Source of the DNA: a virus
Reading direction: 5' to 3' (one strand)
IMG/VR virus record: IMGVR_UViG_3300021076_000041
Length of the DNA: 36,488 nt
Shown: positions 20,124 through 28,369 of the stretch, piece after piece
How the letters are laid out: each line of letters starts with the position of its first letter
Numbering within the stretch: position 1 is the first letter of the stretch
Notes under the pieces: generated by a model
Told to the model about the DNA's origin: nothing
Databases searched by the model: none
The model's input: only the letters and a program-made list of their open reading frames with translations
Program-made: the position numbers and the translations under genes

Positions 20124-21081
20124 GATATTAGTCACTGGCGGCTCGGGTTTTATTGGAAGTCAGATTGTAAAAAGTTTGGCAAATTATGGTCACGAGATAT
20201 TCGTTGTTGATAGAAAAATCAATCCTTGGACATATACTTATGTATCTTCGGATCATATCCATCAAGGTGATTTCTTAGAAGCATTTTCAATTCCAAATTT
20301 TGAATTTGATACTGTGATTCATTTGGCAGGTGACATTCTCGTAGAGCAAGGTGAATTTGATCCTAGCAAATATTATTCTAATAATGTGATGAAACTCAAA
20401 GAAATGCTTGATATCTTAGTTTCACGAAATGTCAAAAATATTATTTTCAGTAGCAGCGGAAGTGTCTATGGTAATCAGCAGAATAATTCATTGACTGAAG
20501 ATCTATTATATAATCCACAATGCACTTATGCTTCGACAAAGGTGGCCGGCGAATTACTTATCAAGGACTATTCCAGAGCACACGAGTTGAATTATGTGAT
20601 ATTCCGTTATTTTAATGCCTGTGGCGCTGATCCAGATACTGAATTTGGTTATATTCAATATCCAGCCACTCATATTATTCCAATTCTTTGTAATAAGATA
20701 AACAAGAATCAACCAATTGTAATTTATGGTAATACCTATCCTACATACGACGGAACTTGTGTTCGCGATTATGTTCATATACAGGACATTGCCAATGCTC
20801 ATCAGAAAGCCTTAGAATATTTGAATAATGGAAATAGAAGTGAGATATTTAACATTGGTGGTATTGCTGGTGAATTAACTGTAAAACAATTAGCAGAGAA
20901 TGCCTATATGATATTAAACCGATATCCAAATATTCAATATGCTTCTATGCGTTCCGGTGATGTTCCGAGATTGGTAGCCGATACCAATAAAGCAAGAAAC
21001 ATCTTAGGATGGGAACCAAAATATTCTATTGGTGAAATTCTTGATCATGCATGGAATTGGGAAGTTCGCTATCACGGTTGA
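20110..21081 (+). CDS. galE: NAD-dependent UDP-sugar epimerase (GalE-like); start could be 20116
   Basis: ILVTGGSGFIGSQIV, SSSGSVYGNQQ, YASTKVAGE(L), YFNACGADPDTE, YVHIQD. Confidence 0.9.
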   Translation: MKMNRILVTGGSGFIGSQIVKSLANYGHEIFVVDRKINPWTYTYVSSDHIHQGDFLEAFSIPNFEFDTVIHLAGDILVEQGEFDPSKYYSNNVMKLKEMLDILVSRNVKNIIFSSSGSVYGNQQNNSLTEDLLYNPQCTYASTKVAGELLIKDYSRAHELNYVIFRYFNACGADPDTEFGYIQYPATHIIPILCNKINKNQPIVIYGNTYPTYDGTCVRDYVHIQDIANAHQKALEYLNNGNRSEIFNIGGIAGELTVKQLAENAYMILNRYPNIQYASMRSGDVPRLVADTNKARNILGWEPKYSIGEILDHAWNWEVRYHG

Positions 21082-21110
21082 AAATGAGTTTGAAATTATC
21101 CTTATAAGAG

Positions 21111-21586
21111 AGAAAAGAATGGCAACTGATATCACTTTTGATCACATTACATTGTTGGTCGAAACAATAGCAAGTCAATTACAATCAACTGATTTTATTC
21201 CTACTCTAGTAGTAGGTATTGCTCGTGGTGGTTTAATTCCGGGAGTGATGCTAAGTCATTATTTCGATTGTGGATTCACTTCATTGACCCCGACTAAGAC
21301 TGAGTATGTAGATCCATTGTGCGACTGTGATGAAATATATCAAATTATCAGTTCGGCACCAGGAAGTAGGATAGTCATTGTTGATGAAATTTGTGACACT
21401 GGATCTACTTTTGTTAAACTTCAGAAATGCTTTGACACAATTCCAAATTTGAATTTATCAAGAATTAAGACTGCCTCTTTACAGATGAGATATAATTCGA
21501 TATATATACCAGACTATATTGGTGAAGTAATTAACAATGCCGAATGGCAGAAGTATCCTTGGGAATTGACAAATGAAAGAAAATAA
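21111..21586 (+). CDS. Phosphoribosyltransferase
   Basis: VVGIARGGLIPGVMLSHYF and PRPP loop RIVIVDEICDTGSTF. Confidence 0.85.
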
Positions 21587-22157
21587 CATCAAGAAAAGTT
21601 TATGGAGAACCCTAATGCAAACCATTTTTAATACCGCGGCACCGATAAACCAACCTGCGGCATCAACCCCGACCACAGCATCAATCGCCACCACAATAAC
21701 ACCGCTCACCACGATGGCTACAACCGGTATAACACCTTATCCTCATAATACTGCTATCGTGTACAATACAGGGATTTCTCTTGGTTCACAGGCAGGCACT
21801 GTGTATAATTCCACATCAACGGCCTATACCGGGTATAATTATAATCCAACTACTTACATACCACTGCTAATCACTTCTTCGAATAACAAAGAGATTGTGA
21901 GAATAAATGACGACGGCTCAGTGACTTGGAATTCAGGGACCAATGAAGACGAAGCAATCAAATCTTTATCAAATGTATTCACTATTTCATATGAAAAAGC
22001 ATCAGGCATTACCGAAGGCACCAAAAGAAGAATGAGAGATTCCGTGTTTGAAGAATTGATTAGCATTGCCAAAGACTCGGGTGCATTGAGTGCTGAAGAC
22101 CTGGAATACATTCTGAGATGTAGTAAAATCGTGGAGAAACTCAAAGGTGTAGTTTAG
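21573..22157 (+). CDS. Conserved phage protein with Thr/Pro/Ala-rich N-terminus
   Basis: ...NNKEIVRINDDGSVTWNSGTNEDEAIKSLSNVFTISYEKASGITEGTKRRMRDSVFEELISIAKDSGALSAEDLEYILRCSKIVEKLKGVV. Confidence 0.65.
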   Translation: MKENNIKKSLWRTLMQTIFNTAAPINQPAASTPTTASIATTITPLTTMATTGITPYPHNTAIVYNTGISLGSQAGTVYNSTSTAYTGYNYNPTTYIPLLITSSNNKEIVRINDDGSVTWNSGTNEDEAIKSLSNVFTISYEKASGITEGTKRRMRDSVFEELISIAKDSGALSAEDLEYILRCSKIVEKLKGVV

Positions 22158-22175
22158 AAAATTACCAGACACCAC

Positions 22176-22204
22176 TTGACAGAATTCAGTAAATTTGCTA
22201 CACT
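22176..22204 (+). promoter_or_regulatory. Sigma70-type promoter
   Basis: TTGACA-N17-TACACT with extended TG. Confidence 0.55.
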
Positions 22205-22248
22205 ATACAAATGCAATATAGGTCTGATCGATAAAAAGGAGAAACAGA

Positions 22249-22431
22249 ATGGATAAATTTTCCATAGCAGGACTAATCATCACTATAGTGATTAATGGTA
22301 TTATGGGATATATCGCCGGCGCATTATTTGGCTACGGCTACTGCGTACTCATCATTACTGCGATATTTGGTTTCGTTCTTGGATGGAACCTGCCATACAT
22401 TATCGGCGATTGGCTAAGGAATAAACAATGA
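22249..22431 (+). CDS. Small membrane protein
   Basis: SD AAGGAG; MDKFSIAGLIITIVINGIMGYIAGALFGYGYCVLIITAIFGFVLGWNLPYIIGDWLRNKQ. Confidence 0.65.
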   Translation: MDKFSIAGLIITIVINGIMGYIAGALFGYGYCVLIITAIFGFVLGWNLPYIIGDWLRNKQ

Positions 22432-22502
22432 TATTCCTTATTGTTGCCGTGGTGATATGCGTTTTGATAGGATGTTCTATTCTGTCGGATCCCAAAGAAT
22501 GA
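22428..22502 (+). CDS. Tiny lipoprotein/membrane peptide (24 aa)
   Basis: MIFLIVAVVICVLIGCSILSDPKE*; lipobox-like LIGC; ATGA overlaps both sides. Confidence 0.35.
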   Translation: MIFLIVAVVICVLIGCSILSDPKE

Positions 22503-22585
22503 AAGACATCTTTGAAATAATATCTGTCATTATTGCCTTAATTTGGATGATTTGGATGATTTTGAGCATATGTCACATTATCTGA
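22499..22585 (+). CDS. Tiny membrane peptide (28 aa)
   Basis: MKDIFEIISVIIALIWMIWMILSICHII*; overlapping start/stop. Confidence 0.3.
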   Translation: MKDIFEIISVIIALIWMIWMILSICHII

Positions 22586-22776
22586 TTTCTTATATTGTTG
22601 CTTTCATAGTGGCTGGGTCGGCCGTTGCTTTATACTGGTTGCCAAGTTGGATAGCGTTGAATAAGAATCATAAATATTTCGTTTCTCTATTCATAATAAA
22701 TATCCTTTTTGGATGGACAATAATAGGATGGATCTTTGTGGTATATTGGGCGTTCACTGAAAATGATGGGTGGTAG
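22570..22776 (+). CDS. imm: Superinfection immunity (Imm-like) membrane protein, copy 1
   Basis: MSHYLISYIVAFIVAGSAVALYWLPSWIALNKNHKYFVSLFIINILFGWTIIGWIFVVYWAFTENDGW; LPxxIA..k..h....i...N...GWT.iGW....WA. Confidence 0.7.
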   Translation: MSHYLISYIVAFIVAGSAVALYWLPSWIALNKNHKYFVSLFIINILFGWTIIGWIFVVYWAFTENDGW

Positions 22777-22970
22777 ATAAAATGATAATTTCGTTACTAA
22801 TTCTGACGATGTGCCTGATAGGCATTTATTTCCTGCCATCAATTGTAGCAATTAGCACCTGGCATCAATACGCAGGAACAATTATGATAGTGAATTTATG
22901 TTTTGGATGGACACTTGTGGTCTGGGTTATATTGCTGCTATGGGCTCTGTACGGTAATGAAAATGCTTGA
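22770..22970 (+). CDS. imm: Superinfection immunity (Imm-like) membrane protein, copy 2
   Basis: MIISLLILTMCLIGIYFLPSIVAISTWHQYAGTIMIVNLCFGWTLVVWVILLLWALYGNENA. Confidence 0.7.
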   Translation: MVDKMIISLLILTMCLIGIYFLPSIVAISTWHQYAGTIMIVNLCFGWTLVVWVILLLWALYGNENA

Positions 22971-23022
22971 GGTACCGAGTTTGTTTCTAATGTGGGTTTC
23001 ATAATTTCTGAAAGGTAATACA

Positions 23023-23964
23023 ATGGATAAGGCAATTAGGCAGATTAAATATAGTGAAATTTTCTCCAGTTTTCAAGGTGAAGGCACTTATTGTGGAAAA
23101 CCAAGTCTGTGGGTTCGTCTTTGGTCGTGTAATTTTGAATGTAAGGGTTTCAGTCAGAAAGACATCAATGATCCATCCACTTGGACATTACCTTACCTTG
23201 ATGCTGATGTGAAAAAGATTACAAAATTGGAAGATTTGCCAGTCTTTCATACTGGGTGTGATAGTTCTTATTCTTGGGCGAAGAAATTTGGCCATCTTGC
23301 ACATAGTAATACTGCGCCGGAAATCGCCGAGAAGTTGATTGAACTTAACAAAACTATGTATAACCCAACCGGACATTTTGTTCACGAAGGATCACAACAA
23401 GAATCACATTTAGTATTCACAGGTGGTGAACCGATGATGAATCAGAGAGGCATAGTTGATATTGTTGAGTCATTGGCCGAGCTGAAAACCGCACCTGTGA
23501 AAATTACAATCGAAACAAATGGTACACGACCAATGAAAGACTTCTTCCAAACATTTCTCGAAGAACGATTTTACCGATATCAAGTAGTTGGCGGAATGAT
23601 GGATCAATCACGCGCTGCGAATGAGTTGTTTTGGAGCGTAAGTCCAAAACTTCACGCGAGTGGTGAAAAATGGGATGATGCTATCAAACCCGATGTTGTA
23701 GCAAAATACGCATATGAAAGTAGTCACGGTCAATTGAAATATGTTGTTGATGGTAGCACACGAACATGGGGCGAAGTCGATAGAGCAACAAAGATGTTTC
23801 GTGAAGAAGGTGTGGACTGGCCAGTGTGGATTATGCCGGTCGGTGCCGATGTAGAAATGCAGAATGAACACGCTGCTGAAATTACACGTGAAACTATCGC
23901 TCGTGGATACAATGTTTGTATTCGTGCTCACCTTTATCTACTTGGCAATGGAATGGGAACTTGA
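23023..23964 (+). CDS. queE: QueE-like radical SAM 7-carboxy-7-deazaguanine synthase
   Basis: SSFQGEGTYCGKPSLWVRLWSCNFEC...GCDSSYSW, FTGGEPMMNQRG, ITIETNGT. Confidence 0.9.
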   Translation: MDKAIRQIKYSEIFSSFQGEGTYCGKPSLWVRLWSCNFECKGFSQKDINDPSTWTLPYLDADVKKITKLEDLPVFHTGCDSSYSWAKKFGHLAHSNTAPEIAEKLIELNKTMYNPTGHFVHEGSQQESHLVFTGGEPMMNQRGIVDIVESLAELKTAPVKITIETNGTRPMKDFFQTFLEERFYRYQVVGGMMDQSRAANELFWSVSPKLHASGEKWDDAIKPDVVAKYAYESSHGQLKYVVDGSTRTWGEVDRATKMFREEGVDWPVWIMPVGADVEMQNEHAAEITRETIARGYNVCIRAHLYLLGNGMGT

Positions 23965-23985
23965 ATTATAAAGATCTGATTATAG

Positions 23986-24201
23986 ATGAATGCTAATCTT
24001 CAATATAGAACTATATATCTGGTGCGTGGTCAAGGAACCGACGAGGCCCCCGATGCTTTTGTGCTTGAGGGTATTCTTCGAAGAGAATTTCCTGATGCCA
24101 TGTACGTCTATCGATATGATTTAATTACTTTCAGTTGTGAGGAAGATCTTTCATTCTTTATTTTAAAATATGGCGATATCTTTAAAAGATACTTCGAATG
24201 A
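23986..24201 (+). CDS. KYGHIY-tail paralogue 1
   Basis: MNANLQYRTIYLVRGQGTDEAPDAFVLEGILRREFPDAMYVYRYDLITFSCEEDLSFFILKYGDIFKRYFE. Confidence 0.75.
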   Translation: MNANLQYRTIYLVRGQGTDEAPDAFVLEGILRREFPDAMYVYRYDLITFSCEEDLSFFILKYGDIFKRYFE

Positions 24202-24400
24202 ATCCATGTCTTCAATATAGAACTATATATCTGGTGCGTCAAGGAATGCCTCGAAGCATTTTTCCTGATGCCCCCGATGCGTGTGTGCTTGAGGATATAC
24301 TTCAAAGAGAATTTCCTGATGCTATGTATGTTTATCAAGAGGATTTAATTACTTTCAGTTGTGAGGAAGATCTTTCATTCTTTATTTTAAAATATGGCGG
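24121..24400 (+). repeat. 55-nt perfect direct repeat (24121-24175 and 24346-24400)
   Basis: ttaattactttcagttgtgaggaagatctttcattctttattttaaaatatggcg in paralogues 1 and 2. Confidence 0.85.
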
Positions 24401-24419
24401 CATTTATGATAAATGCTAA
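24198..24419 (+). CDS. KYGHIY-tail paralogue 2
   Basis: Shares a 55-nt perfect repeat with paralogue 1; ...EDILQREFPDAMYVYQEDLITFSCEEDLSFFILKYGGIYDKC. Confidence 0.75.
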   Translation: MNPCLQYRTIYLVRQGMPRSIFPDAPDACVLEDILQREFPDAMYVYQEDLITFSCEEDLSFFILKYGGIYDKC

Positions 24420-24636
24420 TCTTCAATATCAAACTACCTTTTTAGAATATGAAAAATATAATAGACCCAGCGCGGAGGTGCTTGAGGATATACTTCGAAG
24501 AGAATTTCCTGATGCCACTTATAAATTTATGGACGATATAATCACTTTCACAAATCAAGAAGACTTAGTCGCATTCATTCTTAAATATGACCACATCTAC
24601 CACGACACCTACTACGGCAATTTACCAACGATATGA
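24409..24636 (+). CDS. KYGHIY-tail paralogue 3
   Basis: MINANLQYQTTFLEYEKYNRPSAEVLEDILRREFPDATYKFMDDIITFTNQEDLVAFILKYDHIYHD... Confidence 0.75.
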   Translation: MNANLQYQTTFLEYEKYNRPSAEVLEDILRREFPDATYKFMDDIITFTNQEDLVAFILKYDHIYHDTYYGNLPTI

Positions 24637-24832
24637 ATTCTATACGCGAGCTATATTTCGTACGCTGCGCCAATGGGACGAAAAACTGGAACTAGAGAAG
24701 GATTTACTTGATATTCTGAACCGTGAATTTCCGGGTGCCAGATATTCCTATCAATGTGACATAATTTCATTCGAAGATAAAGATGATGCATTGGTATTTG
24801 TATTGAAATATGGGCATATCTATGGAAGATAA
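24587..24832 (+). CDS. KYGHIY-tail paralogue 4
   Basis: ...YEFYTRAIFRTLRQWDEKLELEKDLLDILNREFPGARYSYQCDIISFEDKDDALVFVLKYGHIYGR. Confidence 0.75.
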   Translation: MTTSTTTPTTAIYQRYEFYTRAIFRTLRQWDEKLELEKDLLDILNREFPGARYSYQCDIISFEDKDDALVFVLKYGHIYGR

Positions 24833-25019
24833 TAAGTATCGGACTTGTTGCATATACTACCATGCCGTGCTACCATGTGTTGGTGATTTACTTGATATCC
24901 TTCAAAGAGAGTTTCCGGGTGCTACTTATGAATTTACAGAAGATGTAATTACCTTTGCCAACCGTGATGATTTGGTAATCTTTATATTGAAATATGGGCA
25001 TATCTATGCGCCTAGATAA
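24822..25019 (+). CDS. KYGHIY-tail paralogue 5 (start ATG inside codons for Tyr-Gly of paralogue 4)
   Basis: MEDNKYRTCCIYYHAVLPCVGDLLDILQREFPGATYEFTEDVITFANRDDLVIFILKYGHIYAPR. Confidence 0.75.
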   Translation: MEDNKYRTCCIYYHAVLPCVGDLLDILQREFPGATYEFTEDVITFANRDDLVIFILKYGHIYAPR

Positions 25020-25221
25020 GATCTTCGAGACTCGTGTCCTGAATATTTGGGAATATGCCACCGACGAGTTGTTGAAAATTCTCAGAAATGAATTTGCCAA
25101 TGCTGAATGGGAGTATATGGATAGTTATATTCTACCATTCTATAGAATCAAATTCGAAACCCCGGAAGATTTGGTTGTATTTATTCTGAAATACGGGCAT
25201 ATCTATGATGATGTCAAGTAA
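25006..25221 (+). CDS. KYGHIY-tail paralogue 6
   Basis: MRLDKIFETRVLNIWEYATDELLKILRNEFANAEWEYMDSYILPFYRIKFETPEDLVVFILKYGHIYDDVK. Confidence 0.75.
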   Translation: MRLDKIFETRVLNIWEYATDELLKILRNEFANAEWEYMDSYILPFYRIKFETPEDLVVFILKYGHIYDDVK

Positions 25222-25432
25222 AATAAAACGGTATGAAACAAGAGAATTCTACAATCGTGGATATAGACTACCACGATTGCTAAAGTTAATCCATGACGAA
25301 TTCCCTAAATCGAAATGGAAATTATTGAAGACGCGTGATGTGAAATATGTCACATGTAAAATACGATTTCGGGAATCCGAAGACCTCACAGTCTTTATTT
25401 TGAAATATGGGCATATCTATGGTAGAGAATAA
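25205..25432 (+). CDS. KYGHIY-tail paralogue 7
   Basis: ...KRYETREFYNRGYRLPRLLKLIHDEFPKSKWKLLKTRDVKYVTCKIRFRESEDLTVFILKYGHIYGRE. Confidence 0.75.
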   Translation: MMMSSKIKRYETREFYNRGYRLPRLLKLIHDEFPKSKWKLLKTRDVKYVTCKIRFRESEDLTVFILKYGHIYGRE

Positions 25433-25616
25433 ATATCTCACAAGGCCAATATACCGGCAGGTTGGTGATTTGCCTCATGTCAAAGATTTGGTGGTTGTCT
25501 TAGATCAGGAGTTCGCTGGTGCAGAATATACTTATGCAAGTGATATTATCACTTTTGTGAATGAAGAAGATTTAGTAGCCTTCACATTGAAATACGGACA
25601 TATCTATGGCAAATGA
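25419..25616 (+). CDS. KYGHIY-tail paralogue 8
   Basis: MVENKYLTRPIYRQVGDLPHVKDLVVVLDQEFAGAEYTYASDIITFVNEEDLVAFTLKYGHIYGK. Confidence 0.75.
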   Translation: MVENKYLTRPIYRQVGDLPHVKDLVVVLDQEFAGAEYTYASDIITFVNEEDLVAFTLKYGHIYGK

Positions 25617-25854
25617 AGATAAATATATATTTAATACAAACGTCCTGTGGTGGCAACCACCACAGTCAGACATTTACAAATTAATAGAAATTCTAAATGA
25701 TGAATTTCCGGGATCAAGCCGCGAAGATTGTGCAATATATCAAACACAAGGGAATCCATATGATCATATGCAATATCCATTCTCCAGAATTACATTCACT
25801 AACCAAGAAGACTTAACAGCCTTCATTCTTAAATACGGACATATATTCAAATGA
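25606..25854 (+). CDS. KYGHIY-tail paralogue 9
   Basis: MANEDKYIFNTNVLWWQPPQSDIYKLIEILNDEFPGSSREDC...YPFSRITFTNQEDLTAFILKYGHIFK. Confidence 0.75.
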   Translation: MANEDKYIFNTNVLWWQPPQSDIYKLIEILNDEFPGSSREDCAIYQTQGNPYDHMQYPFSRITFTNQEDLTAFILKYGHIFK

Positions 25855-26475
25855 AAAAACCACTCATACCATTCTCATTCTATCCTTATGCTTGGCGGCA
25901 CAAAGGGTAAAACTCGAGAAACGCTGAAAGCAGAATATGAATTAGAAGGATATGATTTAGATATTCGACTACTCGAGATTCACAAGGATACATTACCGGC
26001 CAATGTTTATCAAGGTAAATTGCTTGACATAGAATTTAAATATCTCAAAATATCATTAGGTGAATATCAAAGAGGATTGGCAAATCTAATTCAGGATGAG
26101 AAGAAAAAGAAAATCGCATTGCTTGAATTGGATTACAAAGAGAATAAGATATCAAGATTTAACTATGAAAAAGAAAGTGCCACCATTAATGACGAACCGT
26201 GGGTGGCAGTGGTCAAGTTAGAATTTGGAACAGAAAAAGCCGAAGAAGGTAGTTTTGAACTTGACTGGAATGATAAATTCATTGAGATGCTTGAAGACGC
26301 AGGATATATTGCTATGAAACCAGACCAAACTGTGAATCTTTGGTTTAGTGAAGTATGCAGAGCAGTGGCGCTTGAATCGTATGACGGTGTAGGAACTTTT
26401 ACTGAAGATTCTGAATATGCGTTAAATTCACAAGAAGGTGAAATAGTCCCGAAAGGTAAGAGAAATGTCAAGTAA
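25851..26475 (+). CDS. Conserved T4-like phage protein, extra-C frame break at 25896
   Basis: Unshifted reading stops after MKKPLIPFSFYPYAWRHKG*. Skipping C gives MKKPLIPFSFYPYAWGTKGKTRETLKAEYELEGYDLDIRLLEIHKDTLPANVYQGKLLDIEFKYLKIS... Confidence 0.8.
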
Positions 26476-26662
26476 TTCGTTTCGTGCTCGGTTTGTAGCT
26501 ACCCTCATAGAAGGTAATAAATTACAGGAATTATTGAATGCCGAATTCCAGGGGTCGAAGTATCACTGGTTGCAGGACATAATCCATTTTATAGATAGAG
26601 AAGATCTCTTAGCCTTCACATTGAAATACGGACATATCTATGGAAAAGATAATTTATTTTAG
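26465..26662 (+). CDS. KYGHIY-tail paralogue 10
   Basis: MSSNSFRARFVATLIEGNKLQELLNAEFQGSKYHWLQDIIHFIDREDLLAFTLKYGHIYGKDNLF. Confidence 0.75.
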   Translation: MSSNSFRARFVATLIEGNKLQELLNAEFQGSKYHWLQDIIHFIDREDLLAFTLKYGHIYGKDNLF

Positions 26663-26834
26663 AACAACCGCTCTTTATCCGAATTTTGAAAAGATTGCTA
26701 CATTATGCGAAATTTTGAGAATTGAATTTCCAGGTGCCAAGCACTTTCCAGTGAATAGAACAATTCATTTTATGGATAGAGAAGATCTCTTAGCCTTTAT
26801 ATTGAAATACGGACATATCTATGGACCAAAATAA
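26640..26834 (+). CDS. KYGHIY-tail paralogue 11
   Basis: MEKIIYFRTTALYPNFEKIATLCEILRIEFPGAKHFPVNRTIHFMDREDLLAFILKYGHIYGPK. Confidence 0.75.
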   Translation: MEKIIYFRTTALYPNFEKIATLCEILRIEFPGAKHFPVNRTIHFMDREDLLAFILKYGHIYGPK

Positions 26835-26849
26835 AAAAGAGGAACAACA

Positions 26850-27896
26850 ATGAATAAATCAACCTTTCTACTCATGGACGGACACAATCTGTTCCATAGA
26901 ATGATACATCAGGTTAATCCTGCCGCAGGTATAGATGGAATGATAGGATTGTCATTCCATCTAATGTTATATAGTCTTAAGAAAGAATGGAATCGTTTCA
27001 ATGGAACTCATGCGGTATTCTTCACCGAAGGTTATTCGTGGCGATATGATATCTACAAAGATTACAAGAAATCCAGGAAAGTTATATTCGCGCAAAAGAC
27101 AGAGAAAGAAAAAGAAGACAGGGATCTACTCACTGAGGCGTTTGATGATTTGGTAGAATTTCTTGATCAGAAAACCAATATGACTGTTCTTCAGAATCCA
27201 AGAGCAGAAGCAGATGATATGATTGCTACTTGGATTAGATTACACCCAGATGACGATCATATTCTAATCAGTTCCGATAGTGACTTCTATCAATTGCTCG
27301 CGCCAAATGTAAAAATCTACGATCCAGTTAAAGATATTCTATTAACTGATGTTGGAATTACTGATGACAGAGATAAGAATTTGAGTTTCGTTGTCAAAGA
27401 TGGTAAGATTTCTTCACCTAAGGTAGATCCAAATTTCAAACCAGAAAAGGATTGGTTTCGATACGCATTATTTATGAAAATCATTCGTGGTGATACGTCT
27501 GATTATATATTCAGTGCCTATCCCGGTATTCGTGAAAAAGGAACCAAAGATAAGATTGGGATCAGAGAAGCATATAATAATCAAGATGTGAAAGGGTTTG
27601 ATTGGAATAATTTCATGAATCAATCTTGGGTTGACATTGACCAAAAGACCCATATTGTAAAGGATCTTTATGAGAGAAATCGAATACTAATTGACCTAAC
27701 TGCTCAGCCAGACAGTGTGAAAGAGTCGTGTGAGAATATTATTGTAAATCAAGTTTCAAGAAAGAATATCTCAGCACCAAATATAGGAATGGCATTCTTG
27801 CAATTCTGCACAAGGTGGAATTTGCCAAAAATATCAAACAATGCTCAGCAATTCACCCCATTGTTCAACTCTAAATATTATCAAGACCTCGAATGA
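26850..27896 (+). CDS. rnh: RNase H / 5'-3' exonuclease (T4 Rnh-like, FEN family)
   Basis: FLLMDGHNLFHR, TEGYSWRYDIYKDYK, PRAEADDMIATWI, LISSDSDFYQLL, RGDTSDYI. Confidence 0.85.
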   Translation: MNKSTFLLMDGHNLFHRMIHQVNPAAGIDGMIGLSFHLMLYSLKKEWNRFNGTHAVFFTEGYSWRYDIYKDYKKSRKVIFAQKTEKEKEDRDLLTEAFDDLVEFLDQKTNMTVLQNPRAEADDMIATWIRLHPDDDHILISSDSDFYQLLAPNVKIYDPVKDILLTDVGITDDRDKNLSFVVKDGKISSPKVDPNFKPEKDWFRYALFMKIIRGDTSDYIFSAYPGIREKGTKDKIGIREAYNNQDVKGFDWNNFMNQSWVDIDQKTHIVKDLYERNRILIDLTAQPDSVKESCENIIVNQVSRKNISAPNIGMAFLQFCTRWNLPKISNNAQQFTPLFNSKYYQDLE

Positions 27897-28369
27897 AATT
27901 AAAGACTATTACTGATAAATCCTGGATTGTATTGTCTGACGACAATGAAAGGATCGGGATGCTAAACGAAGGTAAAGAACAATTCACTCTATTGATGAAG
28001 AGTGTGAAATATGAATTTAAGTCCAAAGAAGAATTAAATATTCATTTTAACAAAGACATATTCCGTCATATTATTGAACCAGTATTTCAGCAAAGGAATA
28101 TAGAGAAGTTCATCAAAGGCCTTCCTGTAGATTATGATTCGCCAATCGAAGTTGAAATTGAAGGCAATTCTCTACCACTATTCGTAAAGAAGGAAGGTAG
28201 TAAGATATATTTCTCTGCTGGATATTATTGCTTAGAATACCCAAAAGGATGGATGCCATCCTTAAATCCAAAACTATCAACTTTAGAATTGTACAATCAT
28301 AAGGGTCCGTTTGTAGATGAATTACAAATGAGAACTGCTTTACAAACCGAAAGGAAGAAGAATGCTTGA
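27893..28369 (+). CDS. Conserved phage hypothetical protein
   Basis: 158-aa ORF, ATGA overlap with the exonuclease gene. Confidence 0.6.
   Translation: MKLKTITDKSWIVLSDDNERIGMLNEGKEQFTLLMKSVKYEFKSKEELNIHFNKDIFRHIIEPVFQQRNIEKFIKGLPVDYDSPIEVEIEGNSLPLFVKKEGSKIYFSAGYYCLEYPKGWMPSLNPKLSTLELYNHKGPFVDELQMRTALQTERKKNA

Larger units (their letters stand above)
24803..26823 (+). repeat. Regularly spaced ~22-nt coding repeat TTGAAATAyGGrCATATCTATG
   Basis: Copies near 24803, 24987, 25186, 25400, 25587, 25828 (degenerate), 26621 and 26802, at the 3' ends of the paralogues. Confidence 0.8.

Noticed and set aside
24803-26823. Regularly spaced 22-nt repeat that could look like a CRISPR or iteron array
   Set aside because: Spacing is ~180-210 nt, and units sit in frame at gene 3' ends encoding LKYGHIY; it is a coding repeat of paralogous genes.
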